A DNA stretch of 64,000 nucleotides, taken from NCBI RefSeq assembly GCF_018350175.1, contig NC_058368.1, positions 24,058,001-24,122,000 of the forward strand. Reading direction: 5' to 3'. A program made the position numbers and the translations under genes. Each line of letters opens with the position of its first letter. Positions within the stretch are counted from its first letter, which is position 1. Below, one piece after another: positions 49,663-63,034 of the stretch. The notes under the pieces were generated by a model. The model had not been told where the DNA came from and did no database searches. It saw only the letters and a program-made list of their open reading frames with translations. The stretch comes from Felis catus (Eukaryota).

Positions 49663-50515
49663 GTTAAATGTTGCTCAAGTACATACCTCTCATGAACGGT
49701 AAGACATGTTATAGGAGCATGGGTGGGGTGAGGGATGGGAGAGAAACAACCTAGTAAGAAATAACTTCAAGAGTAACAGGCTTCATTTGGAGGCACAGAT
49801 GCTTCAATTATGTCTACATTAAAACAAAAACAACACATTTTCTGTAAAAGAGGACTAAAGCACATAGACAAGATCTTTGGTATAAGGTCTGGCACATAGT
49901 GAGCGCTCAAGAAATGTTCCTTTTCTTTTCCTCCCAGTACCACCGAAACTAGCAACATCCAAGATTTGGGATCTTAAATCAGTCCCTTAGAATAATCTAT
50001 TATCTGAAGAACGGTATGGGCTCATCAAGATTTTGCTCTAAAACTACCAATCAGACACACAAAGAAAAACTAAATACAATGACCTTTGACCATACATTTC
50101 AAATCTAATCTCAAGTTAAGTGTGGAGAAAATGTGAATAAAAAGCACAGAACAATCAGTAGACATCTGAACATTCACCTTGGGGAAGCTCTGTTGACTAA
50201 AGAAGAAATCTACGAGGCAGAAAACAAACTGGAAGAGACAGCTTTTTCCATGGGGTCACTGGATGAATCATCAGTTTTGAGATTTGCTTTTGATTCTACA
50301 AAAATTCTAGAATGAAGGAAGAAAGCCCAGGGCCCACCCTAAGTGGGGAGTTTAATAATAAAGCCTGTGTAACAGATGCACTGTCCTTATTCTGAGCTAT
50401 AAAATATCTCAACAAGTCAAAATATCGGTACTTATGTTTAATTATAAAAATGGGACACAAATATCCATAATTACAATTTGCTTACAGTACATGTAAAATA
50501 TACTTCCAAATCTAT

Positions 50516-50645
50516 AGGTTGTTAATATATCCAACTCTGCCTAGAATTACCCTGGTTTGAGTCTGTGGTCTTCAGATAATTAATAGTACATCCTTTCATT
50601 CTCAAATATGTCCTAATTTAGACAATAAGGTATATGATCATCCTG
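50516..50645. mobile_element. hAT-Blackjack MITE (MER94-like)
   Basis: taattaatagtacatcctttcattctcaaatatgtcctaatttagacaataaggtatatgatcatcct matches recalled MER94. Confidence 0.6.
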
Positions 50646-50699
50646 ATGGCTCAAGAAAAAAAAAATTTAATACCTAGAATAATAAATACCTGGGAAAAT

Positions 50700-50935
50700 G
50701 TGAGATAGGGTATTTACATACTCTTTTCCAAACTGGCTGTATTAGTTTACCTCTCATCAGTGGTAGATTAGAGTCCCTTTTCTCCACATCATCACCAATA
50801 ACGTTTTTTTTCATAATAACTATCTATACACATGTGAAGGTGATATCTCATAATGGTTTTGATTCCTATTTCTCTGATGATTAGTGATGTTGGTCAAGTT
50901 TTCATATACCTGCTGCCATAGGTTTATCTTCTTCC
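50700..50935 (-). mobile_element. Older L1 ORF2 fragment
   Basis: ttccaaactggctgta…ccttttctccacatc…gtgatatctcat…tttctctgatgattagtgatgttg. Confidence 0.75.
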
Positions 50936-50958
50936 TTCCCTTTCTTCCTTCATTCCTA

Positions 50959-51553
50959 TTTTTTTAACTTACTTATTTAAATTCAAGCTACTTAACACAC
51001 CGTGTAGTACTGGTTTTGGGAGTAGAACCACAGTGATTCATCACTTACATATACCTAGTGCTCATCCGAACAAGTGCCCTTCTCAATGCCCATCACCTAT
51101 TTAGCCCATTTCCTCTCCCACCTCCCTTTCAGCAACTCTCAGTTTGTTCTATATCTTTAAGAGTCTCCTATCATTTGCCTCCCTCTGTTTTTATCTTAGT
51201 TTTCCTTCCCTTCCCCTATGTTCAAGTGTTTTGTTTCTTAAATTCCATAGGAGTGAAATCATGTATTTGTCTGTATGATACTTGTCTTTCTCAGATATAT
51301 TTTACTTAGCATGATACACTCTAGTTCCATCCATGATTTTGGAAATGGCAAGATTTCCTTCTTTTTCATTGCTGAATAGTATTCCACTGTACAATATACC
51401 ACATCTTTATCCATTCATCAGTTCATGGACATTTGGGTTCTTTCCGTAATTTGGCTATTGGTGATAGCATTGCTATAAACATCGGGGTGCATATGTCCCT
51501 TTGAATCAGCATTTTTGTTTCCTTTGGATAAATTCCTAGTAGTGTAATCGCTG
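50959..51553 (-). mobile_element. 5'-truncated carnivore L1 3' end
   Basis: Same 3'UTR type as 25391-26315; ends at ggataaattcctagtagtgtaatcgctg. Confidence 0.88.
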
Positions 51554-54500
51554 CTGCTGTTATCTTCTGCTACCAAGGCAGCACCCTACAGGTCAAGTTC
51601 ATCTACTGAAGACATCATTGTCTTTGGCATTTTCAACTCTGTCAAGTTCTTCCTTGTTAAAACTAATTCAAGGGTTTAAGTCTCCATTCTTTCATTTATT
51701 AATGTTTATTTGATATCTGAATGAGGTATTCTGTAACTTTCCATCTTAAACTAACCAACATTTTGTGTACAGTTACTAGTATCAAAGACAAGTAAATACA
51801 CACAAAAATAAAGTGGCATCCCAGCTAGACCCTGCTAAGAACAGGTACAAGAGCAAGTGGAAGCTGCATGCACTGACTGCCTACTGTATTAGGCATTTCA
51901 CTTAGGCTCTCCCAATATGTTTATAACCTCCCATGGGGACAGGTGTCATGAAATAGCTATTGTTCTATTTTACAATAGGAAAACTAGCTCAGTGACATTA
52001 AAGAACTTTCTCAAGGTTATCCAAGTCCCATGCTTGTACTAAAAATTCACATCTGTCCCAAACTCATACTCTATTTTGTCCAGATTATAAACGAAATTAC
52101 TAAGAGCGGACTTGAAATTCATCAATTTGACAACTACTTCTTACCACAAGATACTTGGACACTCACCCTTGTGTGTTTGTCCATAGCTCATCTACTTTTC
52201 AACGTCTGGACATAGCTAAGAAAAAGTATTAATTCGATAAATAAGATTATGCAATTTCACATCAAAGTCAGTTGGGCCTACTCAAAGACTTGTGATTTTT
52301 GTAACATTTTACAGTTCTACTATGAAGATGTTATGACTTAGCTTGTCTGGATCACCTCAGTGACGTGGAGTTTTTACCATTTTAAGATTTAGCCGATAAC
52401 CACACTTAACACATTTAGGTGGTGAGAGCTTGCCATACTACGGACCTCAAATTGCCATTCACACAGGCTAATGTAAAAACTTTTTAATTCAACTGTGCAA
52501 ATCTGTCTCCTGCATTCAGTATCCTTGTATCTATGTCCTAATGATATAATCAATTAACGCCAGAAGCTTTCGAGTGGTTCCTTTCATCCTCTATCAATAG
52601 GTATTTTATACATTCTTATGTTTTCCTACCTTGCAGTGACACCTTTTAAAATCAGTTTACTATCTAACCTCCTATGACCATCATCCATCCCCTCATTTGT
52701 AAATGTCACTTCTGCAGCAGCTCTTTTCCCTGAAGACTTTGTAAATACTAATTCCATTCTTGGTTCTCTCCCCCTCTTTCCAAGTCACAATTTATTCTGG
52801 TCTTCTCTTCCTCTTATCTCCTTTCTGCAAACCATACACCTATAACCTGTGTCTTATTGTGCTGTGCATTTTTTGTCTAACGTAATCTGTCCAGTATTGG
52901 TTCAGTTCTTGGCTCCACACTACAGAAGATCGTGTTTTGGGGAGACTTTCGTTCATTCTTCTTCTTCAGAGAAATGGAAGCAATTTAACTTCCTTAGCTC
53001 TGATTCATAGGCACTTTCACGTCCTTGGAGCTTTTCATGTTCTGTTGCTCGTTTAATTCAACAAATAACTGAACATTCCCAAATTCACTTCCTGGCTATC
53101 TAATTCCTTTGTCGGGCAGTGCATTTCCATAGTGCCTTTCAATACCTGACATTCAATTATAAATGGGACACAGAGGAGAAGCAGGGATGAACAGACCCTC
53201 CTCCTCCAGCGCTGTCTTTCCTGATTAGCTGGCAGTCAGAAAAAAAGCTCCTAGATGCCAGCTTTCAAAGTCCCGGAGCTAAAAGCAAGGGAATGACCGG
53301 ACAAAGAGATAATTTCTCTTCCTGAAGAGATTCCAGGCATCAAGCCAGGGAAAATAAGTGCCATCATGTTTAATAGTTTAACCCAAGAGAAATTAAAGGG
53401 GAATGGATAGGGGAGGTGGATGAGTTACAAGAAACTGGCTGAAAGCCAGTCCATCCCAGGATTCAATCTTAGGCTGGCCTAACAAGAGGCCAGCAAGTCT
53501 GCGTAATAGGCAACTTCAGCAACATTTGGAGCTGTATTCTTCCTTCAATCCTCAACATCCCACATCGTGATGTTACAAATAAAATTATTAACATATCTCC
53601 AGTCCTGGACACCCCGTTTGCCAGGTTTTAAGTGGTGGGAGATAAAGGTCCCAGGGAATATCTACCTTCAGGAGTACAAACACAAATAGAATCTAACAAG
53701 GAAGTGAAAAATAAGGTAATGGGATCAAAAGCATGTGTGCAGAGGCTTTATGCCAAAAGAAGGCAACATGACAGTCCTGAATATTGATTCAAGATCAAAT
53801 AGGAGAAGCCAGGTGCTCTATGGATGCCAACTATGGCGTAATTCGTTCCTTTGCAGGTGATGAAGAATGAAACCATGTAAGGAGACTGCACGAGGTCTCA
53901 AAAGCACCATATCTATGCATATCATTTTTTAAATTAACTTGCATAGCTCAATTTTCAAGAAGTAAAATACTCCTTAACCGCCCCATGCATGACCTACTTT
54001 GGCCGAGATGGACAGCTAAGCTCAAGCCTTTACCAGCATCTGCTGCCACCACAGCTTCACATATTAACCACCTTTAGAAATCTTTATGGATTAATCACTG
54101 GGAAAATTAAGCTCATAGCAAGGTTGTTCTCAGGAGAAAGAGGCTGCCATTTTGAGACCTATTATGCCAAATATGAACTAGCACAAAGTACAGAACGATT
54201 TTTGTTTTCAGTAAATGGTGACTCTAAATTTTGTTAGGTGTAGTTAATAATAGCATAGTTTTCTGAATAGAGAATAACATTGGCACCGAGCATTCCTCTG
54301 TGGATGCATTCGATCTATTAATACCTTCAATTCAAATGATCATTTCAGAAGGTTGTTTAGAACATTTCATTAGCATGTAATAGGGCATTTTACAGTGATC
54401 CAAGATGAAGCTTTTATTAACTGTTACTTCTGAAGATAGAACATGTTTTTCAAGAGGTCCATCAATCTTAATGTGTATGTCAAGTTGCATAAAAGGTCAG

Positions 54501-54934
54501 TTGACCTCCCTGAACGATGGACCTCAGTTAAAGGAGACAGTGGCAGGCTCCTGACTGTGTCCTACCTCCCACCCTCATTTTAAGATGTGGGTTGTTACAG
54601 TTACAGGGCGAAACTCTAAGAGGATTGTGGGATGTTATGCTATAAGTAGGTGCTTCTTTTTAAGAATGTCTATTTTTGAATTACACTCAAGTCTCCCCAA
54701 CTTATTTCCTAGTGCTTAATTATGCTATCAACCAAATGTCAAAAGATTCAAGTCATTATTTGTTGTTGTTTTAACTGAGGACCATACGAAATATTTAACT
54801 ATTAATTGGCTGAGTTGGCCACAAGTCTCTAGGGAAGGGGCAGTGACTAGCCCAGGGACATACAATAAGTGCTTAATAAATGCATGTTGATGCTTTCATG
54901 TCTTATTTCTGCAAGAGTTCTTATAGTTTTTATC

Positions 54935-55850
54935 AAGAAGAATTAGAGTCTATGTGTATGTAGATTCATATGCAATTTTAAGAAATAATAAAGAGAAATT
55001 GTGTATACCTTTAGCCTAGTTTTCCCCAAAGGTAACATCTTGCAAAACTATAGAACTGTATGCTAATTGAAATTGATACAAGCCATTCGTCTTACTCAGA
55101 TTTTCCTAGTACTGAATTGCTGTACCTGTATTAGCTTCTATAAACTTTTATAACAGAGTTTCTTGTATCCAGAACTGCAGACAAGATACAGAACAAACAG
55201 TTCCATTGCCACAAGGATTCTTCTTGTTGCCCTTTTATAACTCTGACCTATCCCCACCCCATGCCACTACTAATCTATCCTCCATTTCTATAATTTTTTA
55301 ATTTCACAAAGTTGTATGAATAGACTCACACAGTATGCAACCTTTCCTTCCTGTTTTTTTTTTTTTTTGACTCTGCACAGTGCCCTTGTGATTGATCCAA
55401 ATTGCTGCATGTTTCAGTAGCCCTTTCTTTTCTATTGTGCTGAAAAGAATTTTTCTGGGGGAAACGCCCACGAGTGCAATTGCTAGATCCTATGTCAATT
55501 GAACATTTAGTTATAGAAGCAACTACCAAAGTCATTTCCTGAATGGCTGTACCACTTTAAATTCCTACCAGCAATGTATGAGTGATCGACTTTACATCCT
55601 TGCCGGAAATTCATCTTTTATTTTAGCCATTCTGATAAGCATGTAGCCATATCTCGTTGTGGTTTCAATTTGTATTTCTGTAATGGTTAATAATGTTTAA
55701 CATCTTTTCATGTGCTTATTTGCCATCTGTACATCCTCCTTGGTGAAATGTCTATTCGTGTGCTTTGTCCATTTTCTAATTGGATTGCACTTAGGCTGTT
55801 GAGCTTTCAGAGTTCTTTGTAAGTAGGAATCTATTTTAGGTAAGCTTTGG
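54935..55850 (-). mobile_element. L1MC-like 3' fragment
   Basis: ttccccaaaggtaacatcttgcaaaactatag…ttttagccattctgata…tttgccatctgtacatcctccttggtgaaatgtct. Confidence 0.8.
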
Positions 55851-56852
55851 CAATGTTAAACCACTGGAGAAACTACAGTTGATTCCAATATAGAATGGAT
55901 TTCATGGCTTTGAAAGAGCCAGCAGATTATCTGGCCAAATCTCCTCTTTCACAGGTAAGATTGCCTATGTTCACTTTAGCAGATAAGAAACTGGGACCCA
56001 GCAAAAGCACGTGGTTTTCCCAAGTCAAGCACAGTTAGTGAATAAAGAAGGGGGCAGATTCCCTAGCAATGGAAAAATCACCTACCCCTTCTGGTCCTCA
56101 GGATTCCACCTGAAAAATTAAGGTAATACCGGTACTCTATCTCCAAAGAGATTAAAAGCCCAAAGTCTGTTTCAAAGTCTCCTATGGGCACGCATTCCCA
56201 AATCCGTAATGACACTACCCAAACAACCCATGTCCTTTCTTAGTGGTGGCAGAGCTGACTTATTCTCGACCGTAGCTTTATGTCCCTCATTAAAATTGGA
56301 TGAAATAACACTTCATAAGTAGAAAATCTTCTGTTCTGCCACTTAAGTAAGAGTCACCTAGTCAATTAATACTGACTTTCATTAGAATACAAAAAACATA
56401 ACGAAGTTCTGAGAAATAAAGGGAAATACAATGAACACAAACAGTGGGTGGGAAGAGGGACCAATGTGTTTCCTCATTTGATGCTGCCTCATCTGCAGGC
56501 ACCAAAGAAAATGATTCCATTTTTCACAACAACGTGAGAAGGTAATTACTAGTAGAAGTTGAACCTCAGGCTAGCAAAGACTACCAGGACACAGGCAGAA
56601 TGAAAGGACCTACTTTGTCTCTTGGCAATGGGTCACTTAGCTCTTACCACTCATCAGGTGATTATGGAACAAACTTGCCATCTCCCAAGGGACTATGCTT
56701 GGTGTGATGAGTTACGGGGTCCTCATGTTTTGCCTTTAGTTTTTTGTTTTAGATTTTAACACAAGAAATGTATAATTAACTAGAAAATGAATCTGAAATA
56801 TCCAAAGCTTTTCTTCAAGGGGTCTTCATCACTCAATCAGAACTTTCCCTGC

Positions 56853-57373
56853 TAGAATAGTTTTCAGTTGCTATGTCATAAATCCTACGAAATTAGTAGC
56901 TGGAAACAATCTACATATATTGCCTCATGATTTCAGTTGTTTAAGAGTCTGGACACAGCTTAGCTAGGTTCCCCGCTTAGGATCTGACAAAGGCTGCAAG
57001 CGAAGTGTCAGCCAGGCTCTACTCTTATCTGCAACTCAGGGTTTTCTTCCAAGTTCATGTGGTGTTGACAGAATTCAGTCCTTTTGGAGTGTAGGACTTA
57101 GGCCCTTAGTTCCTGGACACTGGCTATAGCTAGCTACCATGTGGCTATCCCCATAAGCAGAGTTCATTACGGCATTTGCTTTTTCAAAATTAGAACGCCC
57201 CAGTCTTCTAGGATGCAGTACTATATAATGTAACCATATGGAAAATGACATCCCATCACCTTTGCCATATTCTACTGGTTAGAGACAAATCACAGATTCC
57301 ACTTCTACTCAAGGGGAGGTAATTATACAAGAGCATGATGCCTTGGCCATCACCTGAAAATGTGTCTGCCATG
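56853..57373 (-). mobile_element. MaLR solo LTR (MLT1E/F/G-like)
   Basis: tagttttcagttgctatg…gagtctggacacagcttagct…aggctgcaa…gtgtcagccagg…gtctgccatg. Confidence 0.75.
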
Positions 57374-58329
57374 CCTACTTATGTTTAGTTGTGAAAGAAA
57401 ATAAGCCTTTCTTTTGAATGTCCCCCTAAAGCAATCAGGCAGGCAGAGTGCCACGGGCAGTCAACTTATTCTCAAGATAGATCTTCTCAGCTGTCTTCCT
57501 CAGTTGTCAACTTTGAAAAAAGGGCAGGACACAAATAAAGAAACCAATGCAAACACACAGGGGCTTGCTGATGACACTTTTCTGGGGTAAACCTGAGGCG
57601 TTTCCTCTGGATTGGCATCAGGTGTAAAATGCCAAGGCTTTCACTCAGTGTTTGCCTAGGAAAAATCATTTGTTTAGCATTCATTTTGTAGAAAAGCAAA
57701 ACGGCTTTGATTCAGTGTAAATGTTACATTTGCCAAGCACCTTGACCAACTCAGGTATTTTTGATTCAGCCTCTAAAACATTCCCTCCAACCGCATTTCT
57801 CCTACCTTGTCTTCCTTCTCTCTCTCCACTTCCAAAACAAGTGAGAGTCTCTTCCACCCACCCTCAACACTCCCGGAATCTAATGATAGATTCTGACATT
57901 TGACAGTAGTGATGTCACTTAATGAAAATTCTTCATGCATGGAGAGATAAAAGAATAAACATCGCGCCTTCAATATGCAAGGGTAATTGAATCTTCTCCC
58001 TCCACCTTAGGGGGAGAAAAAAAAACCCGATGTCATCACCCAGTGACTATTCTTCCCAAGAAAGTTCTCCATGCTACTTTATCTGGTTAAAAAATCTTTC
58101 AATTTCATATATAAAGCTTCCAATGCCATCGTTTTCAGTCACCTATGCTCATAGTTTCAATCTTTAGTACTGACATCCTCCAAGTGAAATCACTCTGACT
58201 GAATATTCACTATCATTTCCATGACCTTACCACCACAAACACATCCTATTTGAACAAGAAACTCTTGCTTTATTTTGTGCTTTTTCCTGCCTTCCTAATT
58301 ATTAAAAGTAACACATTTCCCCTAGCTTC

Positions 58330-58956
58330 TCAGACTGAAATTCTGTAAATTCCCTCCCTCTCTTTAAAGACTATTTTCAGGGTTTTTCCTGCCATCTCAA
58401 TCACTGCGGGATTGCTCCCCCGTATCCTCCCCTTTCCACTCCCTGTGCTCCTACCTCCGCTCTGGCCCACCTTTCTTGTTCTGTGCTGTAGGAAATAAAT
58501 TCTTTTCTTCTTCCTGCTTCCTTTATCATCAATTGTACACACTATTCCCAACATCTTTTTAAAACACCTCGTAGCATAGCATGATCCTGTTGAAAAGTAG
58601 TCAATAGCTCTCTAAAACACAGGTAATACAACCCAAACTCCTTGGGCAGGCATTCAAAAATTTCCAGAATATGGTGCCCAACGTCTATTCCTAGCATTAT
58701 CTTCTGTGACCATTACAGTCGCACTCTGTCACACTCTTACCTAGTCACAGTCATTTAGTCACTCATCTTCCACCTACTTCATCTAATTTACCCTTTCCAC
58801 ACCATATATGCTTATCGCTGTGCGGAATCACGTCTATCTCTTTTAGGAGTTTTCTCAATAGCCATGTGCCTCATGAAGCATTCCAGGTTTCCTCATCTGC
58901 ATCTTGATTTGGGGAGAGGGCAGAAGCAGCAGAGTGTTGCCATAGTACTCCACTGT

Positions 58957-58960
<4 letters not shown>
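58330..58960 (+). mobile_element. L2 fragment ending in an (AATG)n tail
   Basis: cccaaactccttgggcaggcattcaa and a pyrimidine-rich body; terminal aatgaatg repeats. Confidence 0.55.
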
Positions 58961-59178
<218 letters not shown>

Positions 59179-59408
59179 TCTCTTGCTTTCCATATGACAT
59201 CATAAGTAAGTATCTGACTAAATGAAGGTCATTTTGCAGAAACTTTCCTAGGAAAACATTTTTCAAAATTCACACATTCACTAAACATTCATTAACCTTT
59301 TTATCATGTTCCAGGAATTGAAGGTGATGAACAAACAAAGATATGAATTCTGGCTATAAGGGACTTGGGATCTAATAGGAAACAAAAACAATGTGATAAA
59401 TATCTGTA

Positions 59409-59937
59409 CAAGCATACCTTGTTTTATTGTTCTCTGCTGATATCATGAGAGGTTTTTTTTTGTTGTTTTTTCTGAGAAGTTTTGGGGGGTTTTCTATGTG
59501 TTTTTTTTTCTTTTTTTTTAAACAAAGTTTGTGGCAACCCCTCATTTACCAAGTCTATCAGTGCCCTTTTTCCAACAGCATGTACACGCTTTGTGTCTCA
59601 GTAACACGTTTTGATATTTCTTAAAAATACTACAAACTTTTTCATTATTATTATATTTATTATGATAAGTTGATCAGTGATTACAACTCACTGAAAGCTC
59701 AGGTGATGGTTGACATCTTTTAGCAGTAAAGTTTTTTTTTAATTAAGGTGTATGCTTTGTTGGGGTTTTTTTTTTTTAGATATAATGCTTTTGCACATTT
59801 AACAGATTACAGTATGTTGTAAGCATAACTTTATACGTACTAAGAATCCAAAAACTTATTTTGACTCGTTCTACTGTGATATTTGTTTTATTGCAGTGGT
59901 CTAGAACCAAACCTTGAATATCTCCAAGGTACGCCTA
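59409..59937. mobile_element. Tigger1 internal-deletion derivative (Tigger1a_Car-like MITE)
   Basis: TIR-like ends caagcatacctt… and …aaggtacgccta, TA on the left flank; the two recalled Tigger1 ends are joined at gatcagtgat|tacaactcac (~59681). Confidence 0.85.
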
Positions 59938-60064
59938 ACTGATAATAAGTAAATATAAGTAGACTGAGTTATTCTGACAAGAGGTGGAAATCAACAACTG
60001 AGAAAGGCTAAAGCCTTCAGTAAATAGAAGAAATGACATTTCAGATGGGTCCACAATAGTCTAT

Positions 60065-60300
60065 GCAACATTTTTGAGTAGTTATTACATGCCAGGCACT
60101 ATACCAGCACTTCATCTCTTTCTTTCATGTGATTCTAACATCCATATGAAATTGTCATTATTCCCTTTTACAGATTACAAAAAAAAAAAGGCTCAGAGAT
60201 GTTTAACAACATAGCCCAACCCACACAGTTAATAAGCAGTGGACTTGGGATGAACACCTAGATCTGGCTAAATCCATAATGCAAGCATTCGCAACTACAT
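60065..60300 (-). mobile_element. MIR
   Basis: atgccaggcact…attccctttta cagat…ggctcagagatgtttaacaacatagcccaa.ccacacagttaataag. Confidence 0.8.
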
Positions 60301-61772
60301 CAACCAGAGCTCTAGGCTCCAACAACCTAGATCTCAAGTACCCCCATCGCAGCCCCTCCACAAATGTAGACAATGAAATCTGCACTGGACATTTGCTCAT
60401 GACAATACATCAAAACACAAGCAATAGACAGCAACAGAAGCTTTACTGAAAATTTTGTAGAGACAATTTGGGAGGTGGTGACACTTTTCATTATGTGTTT
60501 CCATGCTGCTAAATCACTTGTCACTCCGCTACCATCTGACTATTTCTCCTCTCCCCTTCCTTCCTAGACTCCTTTATCAAAATGCCTGCTCCTTTTTTTC
60601 CTCCTTGGGTATACAGAGCAATTTCACTCATGCACATGCAAAACCACCAGTGATCCACAAAATGACCTCTAATTAACATCTTTATTAAAATCAAGTATCA
60701 GAGAAACTTCTGACAGTAGAATCTGCTGCTTGGGGGCCTACTTCTCATGCCAAATAGATTTTACTATATTCTTCTCCCCCCAAAATGCAATGCTATCACC
60801 AAAAGAACTCTGGTCAATCAATTTTTCCCCCCACAATTTTACTATATTGGTATAATACTCCAACTTTGAAATATATTAACATGATTTTCTCTGGCACACT
60901 TATATATACACGATTCTTCAGTCAGATCGAGACAGACAGATAAACTCTACTAGTTTTCTCTAACAGAAAAATTTTAACAAAGATGAATTGGCTGAGTAGG
61001 AGACGATAGAGAAGGCCAAGAGAGAATAAATGGAGGTAACACCAAGATACTAACTGCAAGAAGCAGCTATGGCCCCATAGGGCTGGAACCAAGGGATGAC
61101 AGTGGAAGCTCAGAGAAACATCTAGAGAGCAGGTATTCAGGCCTCTGAGGAGGTGGCATGAATGAGACTGAAACTCACAATTGTAACTACCTGTCACTTG
61201 TCAGGTTAGAAGTCATTACTAAAGTAATGTGACAAGGATAGGAAGCCAACAGGAAAGACTAAGTTGCTTCTCCCTTCTCATATGTTCCAGTCTTCCTCTG
61301 GTTCCCCTTCTGGCAAAACAGAATATTGCTTTGCAGAATCATTCCATTTCAAAGTCAAAAAGAACTGAAAGCCTTTGAAATACGTAATAGCTTGAAAACC
61401 AGTACAATCATCTCTCTAGTTAACCTGAATCATCCATCTGCCTGGATTGGGGCAAAGAGGTAGGGGTAGTAGTAAAGATTTTTACAGAAAGAATTCCAAA
61501 GGATGGAAAGATGGCATTAATATTTATCTTCCAATATCTGCATGATGAGTTCCGAGTTTCCAGTGAGACAGTAGGCACTGTTAGGAGAGCAAAGTTTCTT
61601 CTAAATTCTTTCATCTCAAGAAATAAATCTAGAAATCCAGACAATTAAGTTTACCTTTATGCTCAGGATAGGAAGAGAAAATTACATAGATAAATAGTCT
61701 AAAGCTGGCCTCTTCCAGCTCAGTGGATTGTGGGAACAAGGGGGCAGTGAATAGGTCAAAAGCAAGGGCCTT

Positions 61773-62195
61773 CAGAAAAATTCTGTATGTTCTCACTTAT
61801 ATATGGAATCTTTAACACCAAACTCATGGAGGGGGTGGGGGATAGGGGGAAGACCACATCAGTGTTCTGGTTACTACAGGGGGGTGAGAATGCAGGAGAG
61901 AGAATTGGAGAAAGGTGGTCAAAAGGTACAAAATCACATATGGTGAGCCCTAGGATTGTGACACATGACATCATGACTACAGTTAACACTGCTATATGAT
62001 AGTAAAAGGGTTGTTGAAGTAAATCCTAAGCATTCTCATCACAAGAAAAGTTTTGCTTTGTCTTTTTCTTTCAACTATATTAGATGATGGGTGCTAAATA
62101 AACTGTGGTAATCATTTCACAATATATGTAAGTCAAACCATTATGTCTTCAACTTAAACAGTGGTATGTGTCAATTTTATCTCAATAAAACTGGA
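61773..62195 (+). mobile_element. L1 3'UTR fragment (L1MA-age)
   Basis: tgtatgttctcacttatatatggaatct…ggtaatcatttcacaatatat…tcaattttatctcaataaaactgg. Confidence 0.8.
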
Positions 62196-63034
62196 GGAGG
62201 GAAGTAAGCAAGAGCTTTCATTTCTTTTGCTTCTCTTCATATCAAGCCTCACTAGGACAGGAAAATGGGAAACATGCAAGTATACAGAAGGATAGCTCAA
62301 ACACACTGGCAGCACGCTTAGGAATGCTAGGCGAAGACTGCAAGCTTTATTCATGGATATTACCAAATGGCACAGATTAATGCAGCAGCCAACATAATGG
62401 GAGGTAATTAAGTAGAAGCTTTGGTGTGAGGTGATAAATATTCCTGGTTGTCGATGAGCTATATGTGCTATACATGGAATGGAGAAGCTCCCACATGCCT
62501 CAGTTACTAGGTGTAAATATGCTCAAGGAGTCAATGGGTAACCAGGAGTCTGAGAAAAGAACAAAGAGGCCACAGTGTGTGAGGCCATCAAGACAGAGAC
62601 AATGGACAGAACACCATCTATAGAGGTAGGTTCTAGCTCATTGCCCAAAAGATGGATCAGAGAAGATGCAGCATGAAGATGATCAATTCAGAACAGACTG
62701 GCACTCATCTCAAGATGCAAAAGTGAGTTTCAGGCCAAGGGCCCCAAGGGCTTTATTATTTGTCTACTTATGATCATGAGGCTTCCTTTTCCCCTTCCTC
62801 CAATCTCTTCCTTCCCTCCCTCTCCTCCTCTCTCCTTCAGCTAAAACATTATTCTTTAATTGCTTTTTAAAGTTTAATTTAGCTAATAATGAATACTTTT
62901 TCACCCAGGGCTTTAATTCCTAAGCTACAACTTTATATTGTCACAGACTCTGCATATTACAGGTTAGGAGTAGGGTGTATTCATTAAGTTGGCCTACCAT
63001 AGAAACTCACACCTGCATCCAAAATGGACTAATG

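Noticed and set aside
53846..53882. Possible 20-nt plus-strand micro-exon (ttcctttgcag|…cat|gtaagg)
   Set aside because: Not frame-preserving, mediocre donor, no partner exons identified
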